Source: a virus
Taxonomy: Duplodnaviria; Heunggongvirae; Uroviricota; Caudoviricetes
IMG/VR virus record: IMGVR_UViG_2778261162_000007
Reading direction: 5' to 3' (one strand)
Length of the DNA stretch: 47,425 bases
The notes beneath the pieces are model-generated. The model was not told the origin of the DNA. It saw nothing but the letters and a program-made list of their open reading frames with translations, and did no database searches. Below are positions 1-9,312 of the stretch, one piece after another; the first letter of the stretch is position 1; every line of letters starts with the position of its first letter. A program made the translations under genes and the position numbers.

Positions 1-1236
1 CTACGATAACCGCGCATTCAACATGGCTATCTGTTCGTCGTTCATGTCATCAATCCACATACCGTAAATTTCATACACCATCTGCGCAGTTTCATGCCCC
101 ATTTGGCTGGCTATAAATGCCGGGTTCGCTCCTGCCGTCAACAGCCAGCAGGCAAAAGTATGCCGCGTATGGTACGGATTACGGCGGCGAATACCAGCAC
201 GTTTTACTGCTGCATTCCACCTTGCCCCCAAACTGCTTACCGAGTAATAAGGTTTCTGTTTTCCGTTACACACCCTTGGCATGAAAACAAAATGCAGTTT
301 TTGCTTTTCGGTTCTGCCGTACTCCCGATGATAAAAGGTGATTTCGCTTTTGCGATGATGCCCGGTCAGTTTGTATTGCTCCTTCAGTGCTTCAAGAGCA
401 GGCTGCAGTAATGTTACCGTCCGGATCCCGGCATTTGTTTTTGGGGGACCGAACATATCAAGTATCGTCAGGTTTCTTCTGACATTCACAATTCCCTTCT
501 CGAAATCCACATCCTCCCACGCCAGAGCTGCCAGTTCCCCGTGACGAAGCCCGGAGTAAACGGCAAATTTCCACAAGTTTTGGCTCTGTCCTTTTTCACT
601 TTCCATTAATGCATTGAATTCTGTTTTAGATAACGGGTCAGGCTTTATTCTGTTTCGCTGTAATTTTTTTACTCCTTCAAATGGTTTGGTTGATATAAAT
701 CCCGACTGATACGCAAAACGTAACAGCGAACAGAGCAGGGCGATATAGTTATCAACTGTGCGCACGGTTCTTCCTTTTTTGTTGGATCTTGGATTATCCA
801 GGTAAAGCGTTTCTCCATGCAGCAGTTCATTCCGGTAGTTTAAGATATCGCTATAACGAATATATGATATCGGGGTACTTTCACAAATTATTATTCTGAG
901 TGTTTTTAATTGTGATTTCGTTTTCTTCATTGTGTTTGTTGTTAACTCTGTCTCTTTAATTTTTGTCCAGATATCACAAAGCTCCCCGAACGTTTTTATG
1001 ACTCTCGTTGTCACCATTTTTGCCCCAGTGCTGGACTGGGGAAAACGTCTTAAATACTCAAATTCACCGGAGTTTATTTCATGAACTATCAGCGCTCTTA
1101 AATTTCCGGCCTTTTTAATATTACTGTTTGTAATCTCCCAGCCTTTTAATGTTTCCCGACATCGTTTTCCTCGAAACATGAACCAGATGCGAATGTTTCT
1201 ACCTCTAATCTCGACACCTGTTGGTAATTTAGACAT
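1..1236 (-). CDS. intR: Prophage integrase, tyrosine recombinase (Rac IntR-like)
   Basis: 411-aa minus-strand ORF; C-terminal region has tyrosine-recombinase-like R..H..R..Y context (HTRHTFACWLL...YEIYG); N-terminus MSKLPTGVEIRGRNIRIWF matches my recollection of Rac IntR; the window begins exactly at its stop codon. Confidence 0.88.
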   Translation of the reverse strand: MSKLPTGVEIRGRNIRIWFMFRGKRCRETLKGWEITNSNIKKAGNLRALIVHEINSGEFEYLRRFPQSSTGAKMVTTRVIKTFGELCDIWTKIKETELTTNTMKKTKSQLKTLRIIICESTPISYIRYSDILNYRNELLHGETLYLDNPRSNKKGRTVRTVDNYIALLCSLLRFAYQSGFISTKPFEGVKKLQRNRIKPDPLSKTEFNALMESEKGQSQNLWKFAVYSGLRHGELAALAWEDVDFEKGIVNVRRNLTILDMFGPPKTNAGIRTVTLLQPALEALKEQYKLTGHHRKSEITFYHREYGRTEKQKLHFVFMPRVCNGKQKPYYSVSSLGARWNAAVKRAGIRRRNPYHTRHTFACWLLTAGANPAFIASQMGHETAQMVYEIYGMWIDDMNDEQIAMLNARLS

Positions 1237-1237
1237 A

Positions 1238-1453
1238 TCATGAGTCTTTGATAAACTGATTTATCTTTGGATAGTTGTACCAGATAATCCCTCGTTTGCT
1301 GTCTGGCTTACCTAAAGGAGATACTCGTTTGAAGTGGAAGCCCTCCACCCAACAGTTCTGGCGATATGCTTCAATTTGTCTGGCCCCCAGACCAGTGCGA
1401 AGCATCAGGCCGTATTCAACCATCCACTCTTCATTAAAGATTACTTGTGCCAT
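1238..1453 (-). CDS. Excisionase-like protein (YdaQ/XisR-like)
   Basis: Small ORF immediately upstream of and co-oriented with integrase; internal start [11 protein letters not shown] chosen; position and size typical of Xis. Confidence 0.6.
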   Translation of the reverse strand: MAQVIFNEEWMVEYGLMLRTGLGARQIEAYRQNCWVEGFHFKRVSPLGKPDSKRGIIWYNYPKINQFIKDS

Positions 1454-1552
1454 CGCATCACCTCTGGCAGGCGCCAATGTTAGACTGAAATTGACGCCTG
1501 ATGTTGATTATTTATAATCAGCTATGAAGTTTTAATTTGAATACAATGCAAT

Positions 1553-1741
1553 TCACGAGGACTGAAGTTTCTCGCAATTAAAATTTATCAGTTTTACTTT
1601 CTGCTCTCTGGAAACGCCTGCTTCTTTTTTACCTGAGAGCATTTTTTCGCATTCTGATTTCGTTAGTTTAGATTTTGAATATCTTGTCCAGTTAGTAGGA
1701 GTGCCACCTTCCTTTTCAATTGTAGCGGTAATTTTATACAT
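1553..1741 (-). CDS. YdaC-like small prophage protein
   Basis: Start MYKITATIEKEGG preceded by GGAGG Shine-Dalgarno; the ORF track offers a longer form to 1813. Confidence 0.45.
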   Translation of the reverse strand: MYKITATIEKEGGTPTNWTRYSKSKLTKSECEKMLSGKKEAGVSREQKVKLINFNCEKLQSS

Positions 1742-1940
1742 GAACGCCTCCATTAATATTTTCAGTGGTTCGTTTATTCCATCTTTCGAGCGCTTCTTTT
1801 TCACTTCCACCATAGCCAGTTCGGGATTCGCATCCGTTGCATTTTGCCCGGTAATATCCTGAAATGTCTTTCACCGTTACTGATGGACAACCACAAAACG
1901 GACATGGTTTAACATCGTCATATCTCAAAGTTTTTGTCAT
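1734..1940 (-). CDS. ralR: Lar/RalR-family restriction-alleviation protein (Cys-rich)
   Basis: MTKTLRYDDVKPCPFCGCPSVTVK...CNGCESRTG, a four-Cys zinc-ribbon-like motif; position between ydaC-like and recT as in Rac. Confidence 0.65.
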   Translation of the reverse strand: MTKTLRYDDVKPCPFCGCPSVTVKDISGYYRAKCNGCESRTGYGGSEKEALERWNKRTTENINGGVHV

Positions 1941-1984
1941 AAAAACTATCTCACGTTGGCGGTGCATTACACCGCCGGGCTGGA

Positions 1985-2818
1985 TTATTCTTCTGGATTA
2001 TCGATTACACTGTATTCCCCGGCTATAACCGATATGTCGTCTGGATTAATTGTTTCCACCTCTTTTCCATCCATCGATACTGCACGCTGGATTTCAATAG
2101 ATACCGGCAGATACTTGAACAGTTTTCGTATCACTGTCTTTTTGGCCATGTCTTCAAAGTGTTCATCCCAGATGGACGACGCCCCTTTTGACGCTGCGTT
2201 TTTTGCCGCCTTGCTGTGTGTGTCGCGAACTTTTTCTACCTGTTTGCGGGTCATGACTTCAAACTGCACTCCTCCGTCTTTCAGTTTTGCAACAGCATAG
2301 ACATGGGTTATAGGGGCATCTTCGTTTTCACCGGGACGATGAACCAGTTTTTCATCAAGGCCAAGTTCATAGCTGAATTCATCACATTCACGGACAACAC
2401 GAGCTGACAGACTGATGATTTGACCTGATCGACGGGCAAGGTCGATCATGCCGCGATAACCGATGATCAGCTGTACGTTCTTCTTACCGTTTTTTGCTTT
2501 TCCGTTGCCGAACGGTAGCAGATATGCATGACCGAGGGCGCTACCTGGCTCAAGTCCGAGCTGTGAACACTGTACGATGGCACCGATAAAACTCGTCGAG
2601 TCACAGTTTCTTAGTTCCGGTACTTTACGGATTTCTGTTGTAGCAATGCGGATCATGCGTTCCGCTGTCATGTGACGTGGCAGAGCTGCTGCCAGTTGCG
2701 CTTTCATTGCCGGGCTGTTAATCACGCACAGCACATCCTTATCGTTAACTGCTGCTGGTGCACGGTTTCCCTGAGTTTTTTGCAGATCGGCTTTTGCGAT
2801 AGGTGGTTGCTTAGTCAT
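1985..2818 (-). CDS. recT: RecT single-strand annealing recombinase
   Basis: [21 protein letters not shown]... recognised as RecT; start overlaps the recE stop region. Confidence 0.9.
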   Translation of the reverse strand: MTKQPPIAKADLQKTQGNRAPAAVNDKDVLCVINSPAMKAQLAAALPRHMTAERMIRIATTEIRKVPELRNCDSTSFIGAIVQCSQLGLEPGSALGHAYLLPFGNGKAKNGKKNVQLIIGYRGMIDLARRSGQIISLSARVVRECDEFSYELGLDEKLVHRPGENEDAPITHVYAVAKLKDGGVQFEVMTRKQVEKVRDTHSKAAKNAASKGASSIWDEHFEDMAKKTVIRKLFKYLPVSIEIQRAVSMDGKEVETINPDDISVIAGEYSVIDNPEE

Positions 2819-5462
2819 TTGCATACTCCTTAGCCCAGCGGGGCAGTGATAACGTCTTAATAGCTGGCCATTCATCGGTATTTAGGCAGTCAGCCAGGGT
2901 CCGCAGATTGCGGTGATATTCCTGCTGGCCTGCCAGTTTTGCTTCTTCGCCCATCATGAAAATCTCAACCGGATAACGTCCGCATTCAACAGTTGTGCTG
3001 GCAACCAGAAAAACGAAAGTTGGCTGCACACCAAACTGTGCTTCATAACCGTCACTGTAGAATGCATCCTGAACGTGATAGCGGTAGTCGTAATAAGCCG
3101 TTTTGAATCGTTGAATATCCGCTGTGGTTTTCACGTCCATGATCCAGTGAAATTCAGGAATAATTTTGTCCGGACGGCACCGACACAAAATTCCTGTTTC
3201 CGGATCTTCCCAGTAAATTGATGATTCAGCGTGTCCGGCGCTTTCAACAAGCCATTGCCCCAGCGGCAAAGCCATAACGCTTTGATACATGAGTTCAATT
3301 TTCCGGCCTTCTTCCGCAGTGATAACCGTTTTTCCTGTGCTTGCGCATTCCATCAGAAACGCTTTCTCTTCTTCTTTTCCGGCGTTTGTACGGCGGTTAA
3401 ATTCAGGTGCTACGATAAAGCGGTTACTGAATTCTTCCGGTTCAAGTACCCGGCAGTGGAAAGCGGTTCCTAAATCGAGCGTTTTTGTCTTTGTAGTGTC
3501 CACGGGGGCATTTTTACGCCACAAATACAGTGCCGGAGTATCAGCAATGTCATCGAGCTGAGACTTACTGACACCGGGACCCGCGTGGTAATTCTCATTC
3601 GAAATTCCGTAATAAATACCTGGCTCTATGTCTTCTACGATTACGGGATCTGCGACTTCGCCAGTTTCATCACTGCAATCGCGATGCGGATCGCTGCCAG
3701 CATTCTCATTGTGCGGATGTTCAGCGCCTTCCATTTCCTCCGGATCTTTTTCCTTAGCTTCAACCTGATTCTCTTCACCGAATGTTTCCTGGTATGTTGC
3801 GTCGCCCATCACCGCACCACAGTCAGGGCAGTTATCCCCGCCAGTCTGACCGCAGGCATTGCAGACTATTTCCGGTTCCTGTTGCACTACTGGCTCAGGT
3901 TGTTTCGCATCCGGGCTGATTTTTTCCGTTTCTGGCTGGTTCTGGTACACAGAATCGCGAGTCTGGATCCCCTTAACCCATTTCGGATCGTTCGGGTCGC
4001 TAATTCCGTCAACAAATTCACCACGTGATGCAGCAAGCAATTTATCGGCATCGACAGGATTTTTTGATGGAATGTTTTTCCGGGCTTCCTGGAGTTCTGC
4101 CCGCAGTTCCTGATATTTCGCATCAACAGAATTTACCTGTGACTGAGCATCCAGCGGCTGCGTGTTCTGATGATGTTCAGTTGCATTCGGTTCCACTGTT
4201 TCAGCCGTTGCCTGTTCATCTGCCATTGCGCCAGATGGTTGTGGTTTTTCTTCATCGTCCTGTTTTCCTTCTTCTGTTACTCGCTGCGGCATCGGGGCCG
4301 AGGAGCGACCGCAGGCAATATCCACGATTTCCGGATCAGGGTTGGCATGATCGGTTTCAGTCAGTACTTTGTTCAGATATTCAGTGACGTGTGCGGGGAT
4401 GACCTCGATCCCAATTGGTGCTTCTTTTACGGACGCAACCACGATGGCGCGGGAATAATCCAGCCCACCAGGCATGGTGATGAATTTGTCGCGGAAAACA
4501 GAAAAGGGTGGTTTATTTTCAGCGATAATTTCCTCGACACGTTTAGCGTGTGCCGGATGAAGGTTATAAATGTCCACGTCCATTGAACGAGCCAGTACGC
4601 CAGTGGCTACGTCGCGCGCCAGTGACGTCAGATCGTGAACGAAACCTTCGCCGCGATCGGTGAGGTTCCCGCCGCCAGCATTAGCGCCGGAAGCCGTGCG
4701 CGTGATGCGTGAAACACGATTTCCTTTTCGCCATTCTTTTGTCAGAAGACCGCGATCAATGTGTTCGGTATCCAGCCAGGCTGAAATGAAATTCTTAAAT
4801 TCATAGGGCTGATGTTTTTTCGTGATAGAGAACACTGCCTTAATTGCATCAGTCAGGCGGAGCAGGGCGGCATTATCCAGAGTTGTCGGTTCTGCCATGC
4901 TGCGTATGGCCAACAGCAGATTCTGGACATAGCTGTTTTCCTGATCCATCTCAAGAGCAGTAATGTGTTTGCGTTGTTCACGGGTGGCATGATGCAGGTA
5001 TTTCCGATCCCCGGCTGCATACGTAAAAATGTGCAGAAGACGCTGTGTGAACCGCAAAGTGGCTACAGAGACTTCGCAATCCTGGCAATCCTCGTGGGCG
5101 TCTGCCTGCGCGTTTTCTTCCTGGCCTCCCGCCAGTTCTTTGGTTTCTTGAGCATTATCCTGGTGGTGAACGTCGTCTGGCGCTGCTCCCGGTTTTAGTT
5201 CCCAGGTCATTGAGTCTTTGCTGAGTTGATAGCGTTCACTCCAGGTAAAATCGATCTCACCTTCAGGGGGAAGGTCATTAACGACAGGAAAATTCGTGGC
5301 AACAGGTTTAAAATAGCTGCTCAGTTTTTTACCTGACTTAACGAGCAGGTAGTCCAGAGTGGCACAGGTCGATTCAAAATCGTCGCTTGCCCACAGGACG
5401 ACGTCAGGTTCACCGGATGATTTTTTCGCTTTCCGTAACAGGAAGAGTGGTTTTGTGCTCAT
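2811..5462 (-). CDS. recE: RecE exonuclease VIII (YqaJ-like C-terminal nuclease)
   Basis: 883-aa ORF directly upstream of recT; long acidic linker and C-terminal exonuclease region typical of RecE. Confidence 0.88.
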   Translation of the reverse strand: MSTKPLFLLRKAKKSSGEPDVVLWASDDFESTCATLDYLLVKSGKKLSSYFKPVATNFPVVNDLPPEGEIDFTWSERYQLSKDSMTWELKPGAAPDDVHHQDNAQETKELAGGQEENAQADAHEDCQDCEVSVATLRFTQRLLHIFTYAAGDRKYLHHATREQRKHITALEMDQENSYVQNLLLAIRSMAEPTTLDNAALLRLTDAIKAVFSITKKHQPYEFKNFISAWLDTEHIDRGLLTKEWRKGNRVSRITRTASGANAGGGNLTDRGEGFVHDLTSLARDVATGVLARSMDVDIYNLHPAHAKRVEEIIAENKPPFSVFRDKFITMPGGLDYSRAIVVASVKEAPIGIEVIPAHVTEYLNKVLTETDHANPDPEIVDIACGRSSAPMPQRVTEEGKQDDEEKPQPSGAMADEQATAETVEPNATEHHQNTQPLDAQSQVNSVDAKYQELRAELQEARKNIPSKNPVDADKLLAASRGEFVDGISDPNDPKWVKGIQTRDSVYQNQPETEKISPDAKQPEPVVQQEPEIVCNACGQTGGDNCPDCGAVMGDATYQETFGEENQVEAKEKDPEEMEGAEHPHNENAGSDPHRDCSDETGEVADPVIVEDIEPGIYYGISNENYHAGPGVSKSQLDDIADTPALYLWRKNAPVDTTKTKTLDLGTAFHCRVLEPEEFSNRFIVAPEFNRRTNAGKEEEKAFLMECASTGKTVITAEEGRKIELMYQSVMALPLGQWLVESAGHAESSIYWEDPETGILCRCRPDKIIPEFHWIMDVKTTADIQRFKTAYYDYRYHVQDAFYSDGYEAQFGVQPTFVFLVASTTVECGRYPVEIFMMGEEAKLAGQQEYHRNLRTLADCLNTDEWPAIKTLSLPRWAKEYAND

Positions 5463-5563
5463 TGTTTTTTAACCTCAACTCAGATTAAAATTCGTTTTGT
5501 TCAGTGAATGATCTTGCCGGATACACACTGTTCATAGCCTGCGTATGGCGCAGGCTATTTCTT

Positions 5564-5839
5564 TCAGATTTCACCGCCTAATTTCATTGCAATCAGAGTT
5601 GCCAGAAATCCGGCTTTTTTTTCTGCGGGCAGATTCTTTCCGATGTGAACCAGGCACATTTTTGTGACACCTTCATCAAGTGTTTTTACGTTGCCTGATG
5701 GACCGTCGATATCAACCACAGTGAATGGGGTTTCTTTATTTTCTGTTTTAATCACGTAGCCAATACGCTTTCCTTCCAGATTAACCTCGTGAACAATGTC
5801 ATCGGTAGTTACAACAGTGGCTTCATAATTGGTAATCAT
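5564..5839 (-). CDS. racC: RacC-like protein
   Basis: MITNYEATVVTTDDIVHEVNLEGKRIGYVIK...; AAGGAG RBS upstream of the internal start. Confidence 0.6.
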   Translation of the reverse strand: MITNYEATVVTTDDIVHEVNLEGKRIGYVIKTENKETPFTVVDIDGPSGNVKTLDEGVTKMCLVHIGKNLPAEKKAGFLATLIAMKLGGEI

Positions 5840-5913
5840 GTTTTTCTCCTTAATTAAGGTTGAGCGAATCCCTGCCATTGCTGGCATAAATTCAGTTTCG
5901 AATAGTCAGTTAA

Positions 5914-6084
5914 TTAAAGTTCGTGTGCCATCTGGTCTTTTTCGGCACAACTTTCACTACAATATTTTTTCATTTCCGTCGTTGGGATAACTCCACGCAT
6001 GAAATGAAGTGGTCTTTTAATACTTTTGCTTTCTTCAATTTCTTTATTGCAAAGGTGGTAAGCACATTTTATTTTCTTAGTCAT
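5914..6084 (-). CDS. ydaE: YdaE-like Cys-rich small protein
   Basis: Hand-translated minus-strand [21 protein letters not shown]...KYCSESCAEKDQMAHEL, about 56 aa and absent from the ORF track (below its size cutoff); paired Cys motifs. Confidence 0.5.
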   Translation of the reverse strand: MTKKIKCAYHLCNKEIEESKSIKRPLHFMRGVIPTTEMKKYCSESCAEKDQMAHEL

Positions 6085-6305
6085 CACCATGACTCCGCCT
6101 TTACAGGTAAACCATCACGACCGAGGAAGACTTTAATCATGCAGTCAGTAATGCATGTTTTTGTAGTCAGGTTACGAATATAAAGTTTTCGCTTTTTAAT
6201 ATTGTTTGCCGAGGCAATATATGTCCGGCCTTCATGAAGAATATAGTCACCAGGAGTCACACACTGACGTGGTATTTCATCAGTTCCGAAGTGATGTGCA
6301 ATCAT
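6084..6305 (-). CDS. kilR: Kil-family cell-division (FtsZ) inhibitor, KilR-like
   Basis: [46 protein letters not shown]...; GGAGA RBS; location upstream of recE as in Rac. Confidence 0.7.
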   Translation of the reverse strand: MIAHHFGTDEIPRQCVTPGDYILHEGRTYIASANNIKKRKLYIRNLTTKTCITDCMIKVFLGRDGLPVKAESW

Positions 6306-6725
6306 AATTATCTCCATTTTTACAAATGAACTTTGTTGATGCGGTGCCTAGTGCCTCCAGGTGACTGCAACCAGTTAACAATTACAGTCGGCTTTCCCAC
6401 CCAAACCAATAAGGACTAACATGACTTTTAACTGTGCCGCGTGCGCTTAGCCGCATTCACCGCATCACAAAATTCACTTTAAAAAGGGCGGACATCAGTC
6501 GAACTTCAAGAAAAAACTGATGCCGCCAAGACTACACACAGCAGTGTTGTTATCCACAACCGGAGGCGCACTCCCACCATTTAAATTTAACAGACAAGAC
6601 CGACTCTTTATGGATATCGGAAATGCGACTTCGTGTTGTGCCCGGTTTTATTTCACCACCTCCGGGCTTTGGTGGTTTCTGCTATACCCCTACAGCGAGA
6701 ATATTGAATTAATCCAAATAATGGA

Positions 6726-6878
6726 TTAGCAAGTATTTCTGGCAAGCCAGCGACGTGCGCCCGTTTCAGTTTTGAATGTCTTGCTTTTGGTATACGTCAT
6801 GGCGGTGAACGTTCCATCCTGGTTGGGGAACACGCCGCACACCAGGGATTCGTTATTGCCGAGGTCGATTTTTTGCAT
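6726..6878 (-). CDS. YdaF-like small protein
   Basis: Hand-translated ORF MQKIDLGNNESLVCGVFPNQDGTFTAMTYTK..., about 50 aa. Confidence 0.4.
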   Translation of the reverse strand: MQKIDLGNNESLVCGVFPNQDGTFTAMTYTKSKTFKTETGARRWLARNTC

Positions 6879-6888
6879 TTTTCGCACC

Positions 6889-7023
6889 TCACATTTTGTT
6901 GTTGCGGATAGAGGCTTCTGCCTGCCAGAGATCCCAGTCGTTGCTGCGTAGAGCCTGTACAGCCTGGCTGTAAGTGATATCGCAACAATCCATCAAATAC
7001 TGAACTACTTCGTAATGCACCAT
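6889..7023 (-). CDS. YdaG-like small protein
   Basis: Hand-translated ORF MVHYEVVQYLMDCCDITYSQAVQALRSNDWDLWQAEASIRNNKM, 44 aa. Confidence 0.4.
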   Translation of the reverse strand: MVHYEVVQYLMDCCDITYSQAVQALRSNDWDLWQAEASIRNNKM

Positions 7024-7215
7024 CTTATCTCTCCCCTTAACGCCGGGTGGCGGAACTAACTGCTGCACTGCAAAATTTGAATCCCGCCGTCATGTTCATA
7101 CGCCTCGGGCTGGCTACTTAACCCCTTACCACTGCCTGGTAACTCGAAGTATTGCCCGGCGTTCTGTGGGGCGGGGTGGGTGGTATGCTGGAACTATAGG
7201 TAATGCCTAATTGAT

Positions 7216-7237
7216 TGTCAATAGGCTATGCCTAATG
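7216..7237. promoter_or_regulatory. 22-bp sequence TGTCAATAGGCTATGCCTAATG, left copy of a perfect inverted repeat flanking racR
   Basis: Exact reverse-complement match to 7859..7880; lies downstream of the racR stop. Confidence 0.5.
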
Positions 7238-7330
7238 TTTTGGGTGTAACCTAATAGGTGATGGCGACAGGAGAAAGTGATGGGGGGTTAAATAACGGAA
7301 TCCAGGAGTTTTCCGTCAGACCATATAAGT

Positions 7331-7807
7331 TTAAGTTCCAGTTTTTGTGATGTTCTGGCTTTTCCGTTCAGATTCTAGAGCTTTCAGATACTTACCCACT
7401 TTCATTTCCATCGCTGCTATGTAGGCGCGAACATCGTGGTCAACCCAATCTGGTTCTGTAGCATTTCCAGATAACAGGAAAGCTACAATCGCTCTTATTT
7501 CATCAGAGGCTGCTTGATAAAGGTTGTTTATATCTAAAAGTTCACTTTTTGTATCTGAATTGGTGGGGGTTGGTATGGGGTATTCGTTAAGCCCCCAATG
7601 CTCTGGACCAACAACATCAGAAAAGAAACGCCATAATTCTGGAAGTTTATCTTTACTTATGGAGCCTTTCTTAATCCAGTCATAAATTGATGGTGGTTGG
7701 ATTTTGAAGTGGCGTGCGACCTCCGCCTTTGATTTGACGGATCCCGATGCGATTTTTTTGTTAATGGCCTGCTCTATCGCTCGGCCTAAGTCTTTACCAC
7801 TAAGCAT
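7331..7807 (-). CDS. racR: Prophage repressor RacR (HTH)
   Basis: 158-aa ORF MLSGKDLGRAIEQAINKKIASGSVKSKAEVARHFKIQPPSIYDWIKKG... with HTH; divergent from a cro-like gene. Confidence 0.85.
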   Translation of the reverse strand: MLSGKDLGRAIEQAINKKIASGSVKSKAEVARHFKIQPPSIYDWIKKGSISKDKLPELWRFFSDVVGPEHWGLNEYPIPTPTNSDTKSELLDINNLYQAASDEIRAIVAFLLSGNATEPDWVDHDVRAYIAAMEMKVGKYLKALESERKSQNITKTGT

Positions 7808-7930
7808 TGCTTAATATTCTCCTATGCTCATTGCATTAGGCAATCCCTACCTTTATCGCATTAGGCATAGCCTATTGACATTTATGTTAGGCGTCGCCTA
7901 ATATTTCTGTGTGTTTTTGGAGTTCATTCG
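7808..7930. promoter_or_regulatory. Divergent racR/ydaS promoter-operator region
   Basis: Contains the right copy of the 22-bp inverted repeat (7859..7880), a 15-bp palindrome TTAGGCGTCGCCTAA (7887..7901), repeated ATTAGGC half-sites, and TTGACA (7875..7880) followed about 18 bp later by TAATAT. Confidence 0.6.
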
Positions 7931-8227
7931 ATGAAAAAAGAGAACTATTCATTCAAGCAAGCTTGTGCTGTTGTCGGTGGGCAATCAGCAATGGCTAGGC
8001 TTTTAGGTGTATCACCTCCAAGCGTAAATCAATGGATCAAAGGGGTACGTCAATTGCCTGCCGAGAGATGTCCAGCAATTGAACGAGCAACAAGAGGTGA
8101 GGTTCTGTGCGAAGAGCTTCGTCCTGATATTGACTGGTCATATTTACGACGTTCGGCATGTTGTTCGCAGAATATGTCAGTGAAGCAACTAAATGACAGT
8201 AACAAATCCTCATTTGATCATACCTGA
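7931..8227 (+). CDS. ydaS: Cro-like HTH regulator YdaS
   Basis: MKKENYSFKQACAVVGGQSAMARLLGVSPPSVNQWIKG... HTH; divergent from the repressor. Confidence 0.85.
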   Translation: MKKENYSFKQACAVVGGQSAMARLLGVSPPSVNQWIKGVRQLPAERCPAIERATRGEVLCEELRPDIDWSYLRRSACCSQNMSVKQLNDSNKSSFDHT

Positions 8228-8249
8228 AACATCAAGAGGCAAATGATTC

Positions 8250-8672
8250 ATGAAAATCAAGCATGAGCACATCGAATCAGTGTTGTTTGCCCTGGCAGCC
8301 GAAAAAGGGCAGGCATGGGTAGCCAATGCAATTACTGAAGAATATCTGCGCCAGGGGGGCGGCGAATTGCCCCTGGTTCCAGGCAAGGACTGGAACAATC
8401 AGCAGAATATCTATCACCGTTGGTTGAAAGGTGAAACGAAAACGCAAAGAGAAAAAATTCAGAAGCTGATCCCAGCAATTCTGGCAATCCTTCCGCGCGA
8501 GTTGCGTCACCGACTCTGCATCTTCGATACCCTGGAACGCCGTGCATTACTGGCGGCGCAGGAAGCGTTAAGTACGGCAATTGATGCGCATGATGATGCA
8601 GTCCAGGCCGTTTACCGGAAAGCGCATTTCAGCGGCGGTGGTTCGTCCGGCGATTCTGTTGTTGTTCATTAA
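8250..8672 (+). CDS. ydaT: YdaT-like protein (putative toxin/CII-like partner of YdaS)
   Basis: 140-aa ORF MKIKHEHIESVLFALAAEKGQAWVANAITEEY... immediately downstream of ydaS. Confidence 0.8.
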   Translation: MKIKHEHIESVLFALAAEKGQAWVANAITEEYLRQGGGELPLVPGKDWNNQQNIYHRWLKGETKTQREKIQKLIPAILAILPRELRHRLCIFDTLERRALLAAQEALSTAIDAHDDAVQAVYRKAHFSGGGSSGDSVVVH

Positions 8673-8684
8673 GGTGATGTGGTG

Positions 8685-8981
8685 ATGGAAAAATATGAAC
8701 TGAAAAAATACCGACTTAAAACACTGGAAGGCGAAACATTGCTTCAGCGTATAGCCCGAAATGTTGCCTGGTATGCCATACGACTCTCTCTGCATCGCCA
8801 TCTTGTTAACGGGTATCCCTCGTCAACGCTGTTGTTCATCAATATCAAAGATAAAGAAAAAGCCGCAGAACACATTCGGTGGATGGAACTGGCGCAGGGA
8901 CAAGCTCTTGATATTGAGTATGGCGATGAGATCGACTACAGCAAAGCTCAACCGCTGCGCCACGTAATTTTTAGGGGGTGA
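8685..8981 (+). CDS. Hypothetical protein
   Basis: ORF downstream of ydaT; the ATG at 8685 follows GTG codons the ORF finder used as start. Confidence 0.4.
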   Translation: MEKYELKKYRLKTLEGETLLQRIARNVAWYAIRLSLHRHLVNGYPSSTLLFINIKDKEKAAEHIRWMELAQGQALDIEYGDEIDYSKAQPLRHVIFRG

Positions 8982-9233
8982 TTATGACATCTTTTCTTTT
9001 AGCTTTTGTAGGGCAACGATCAGTTCATCAATTTGGGTTGCATCCATTATCAACTCTAGTTTGTGATAAGCCCCGTAATTTAGCTCCTGTGTGTGGAATT
9101 CCTGGGCAAGTATTTTTACTCCTCCGCGATTGAGCATTCCTGAGGTGCTAAAAATTTTTGACTCGGTTCCAGTAATACTGTCCACCCAAAATTTTTGGGG
9201 GAATGGAGCAGACTTATCAAATGTAAAAGACAT
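8982..9233 (-). CDS. Hypothetical 83-aa protein, convergent AT-rich insert
   Basis: Minus-strand ORF with strong AGGAGG RBS; stop codon abuts the stop of the plus-strand 8685..8981 gene with zero spacing; visibly AT-rich. Confidence 0.5.
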   Translation of the reverse strand: MSFTFDKSAPFPQKFWVDSITGTESKIFSTSGMLNRGGVKILAQEFHTQELNYGAYHKLELIMDATQIDELIVALQKLKEKMS

Positions 9234-9312
9234 GTCGAACCTCCTTTGGTTCTGTTGATTGGGGAATCACAGATTATATCCGGAGGAAGGTTCGACACCA
9301 GATGAGGCAATT

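Noticed and set aside
94-411. 105-aa plus-strand ORF inside the integrase gene
   Set aside because: Fully embedded antisense to a well-supported integrase CDS; no RBS; likely a shadow ORF.
6520-6729. 69-aa plus-strand ORF between kilR and ydaF
   Set aside because: No RBS, overlaps the ydaF-like gene on the opposite strand, and has no recognisable similarity (including to SieB); treated as non-coding.
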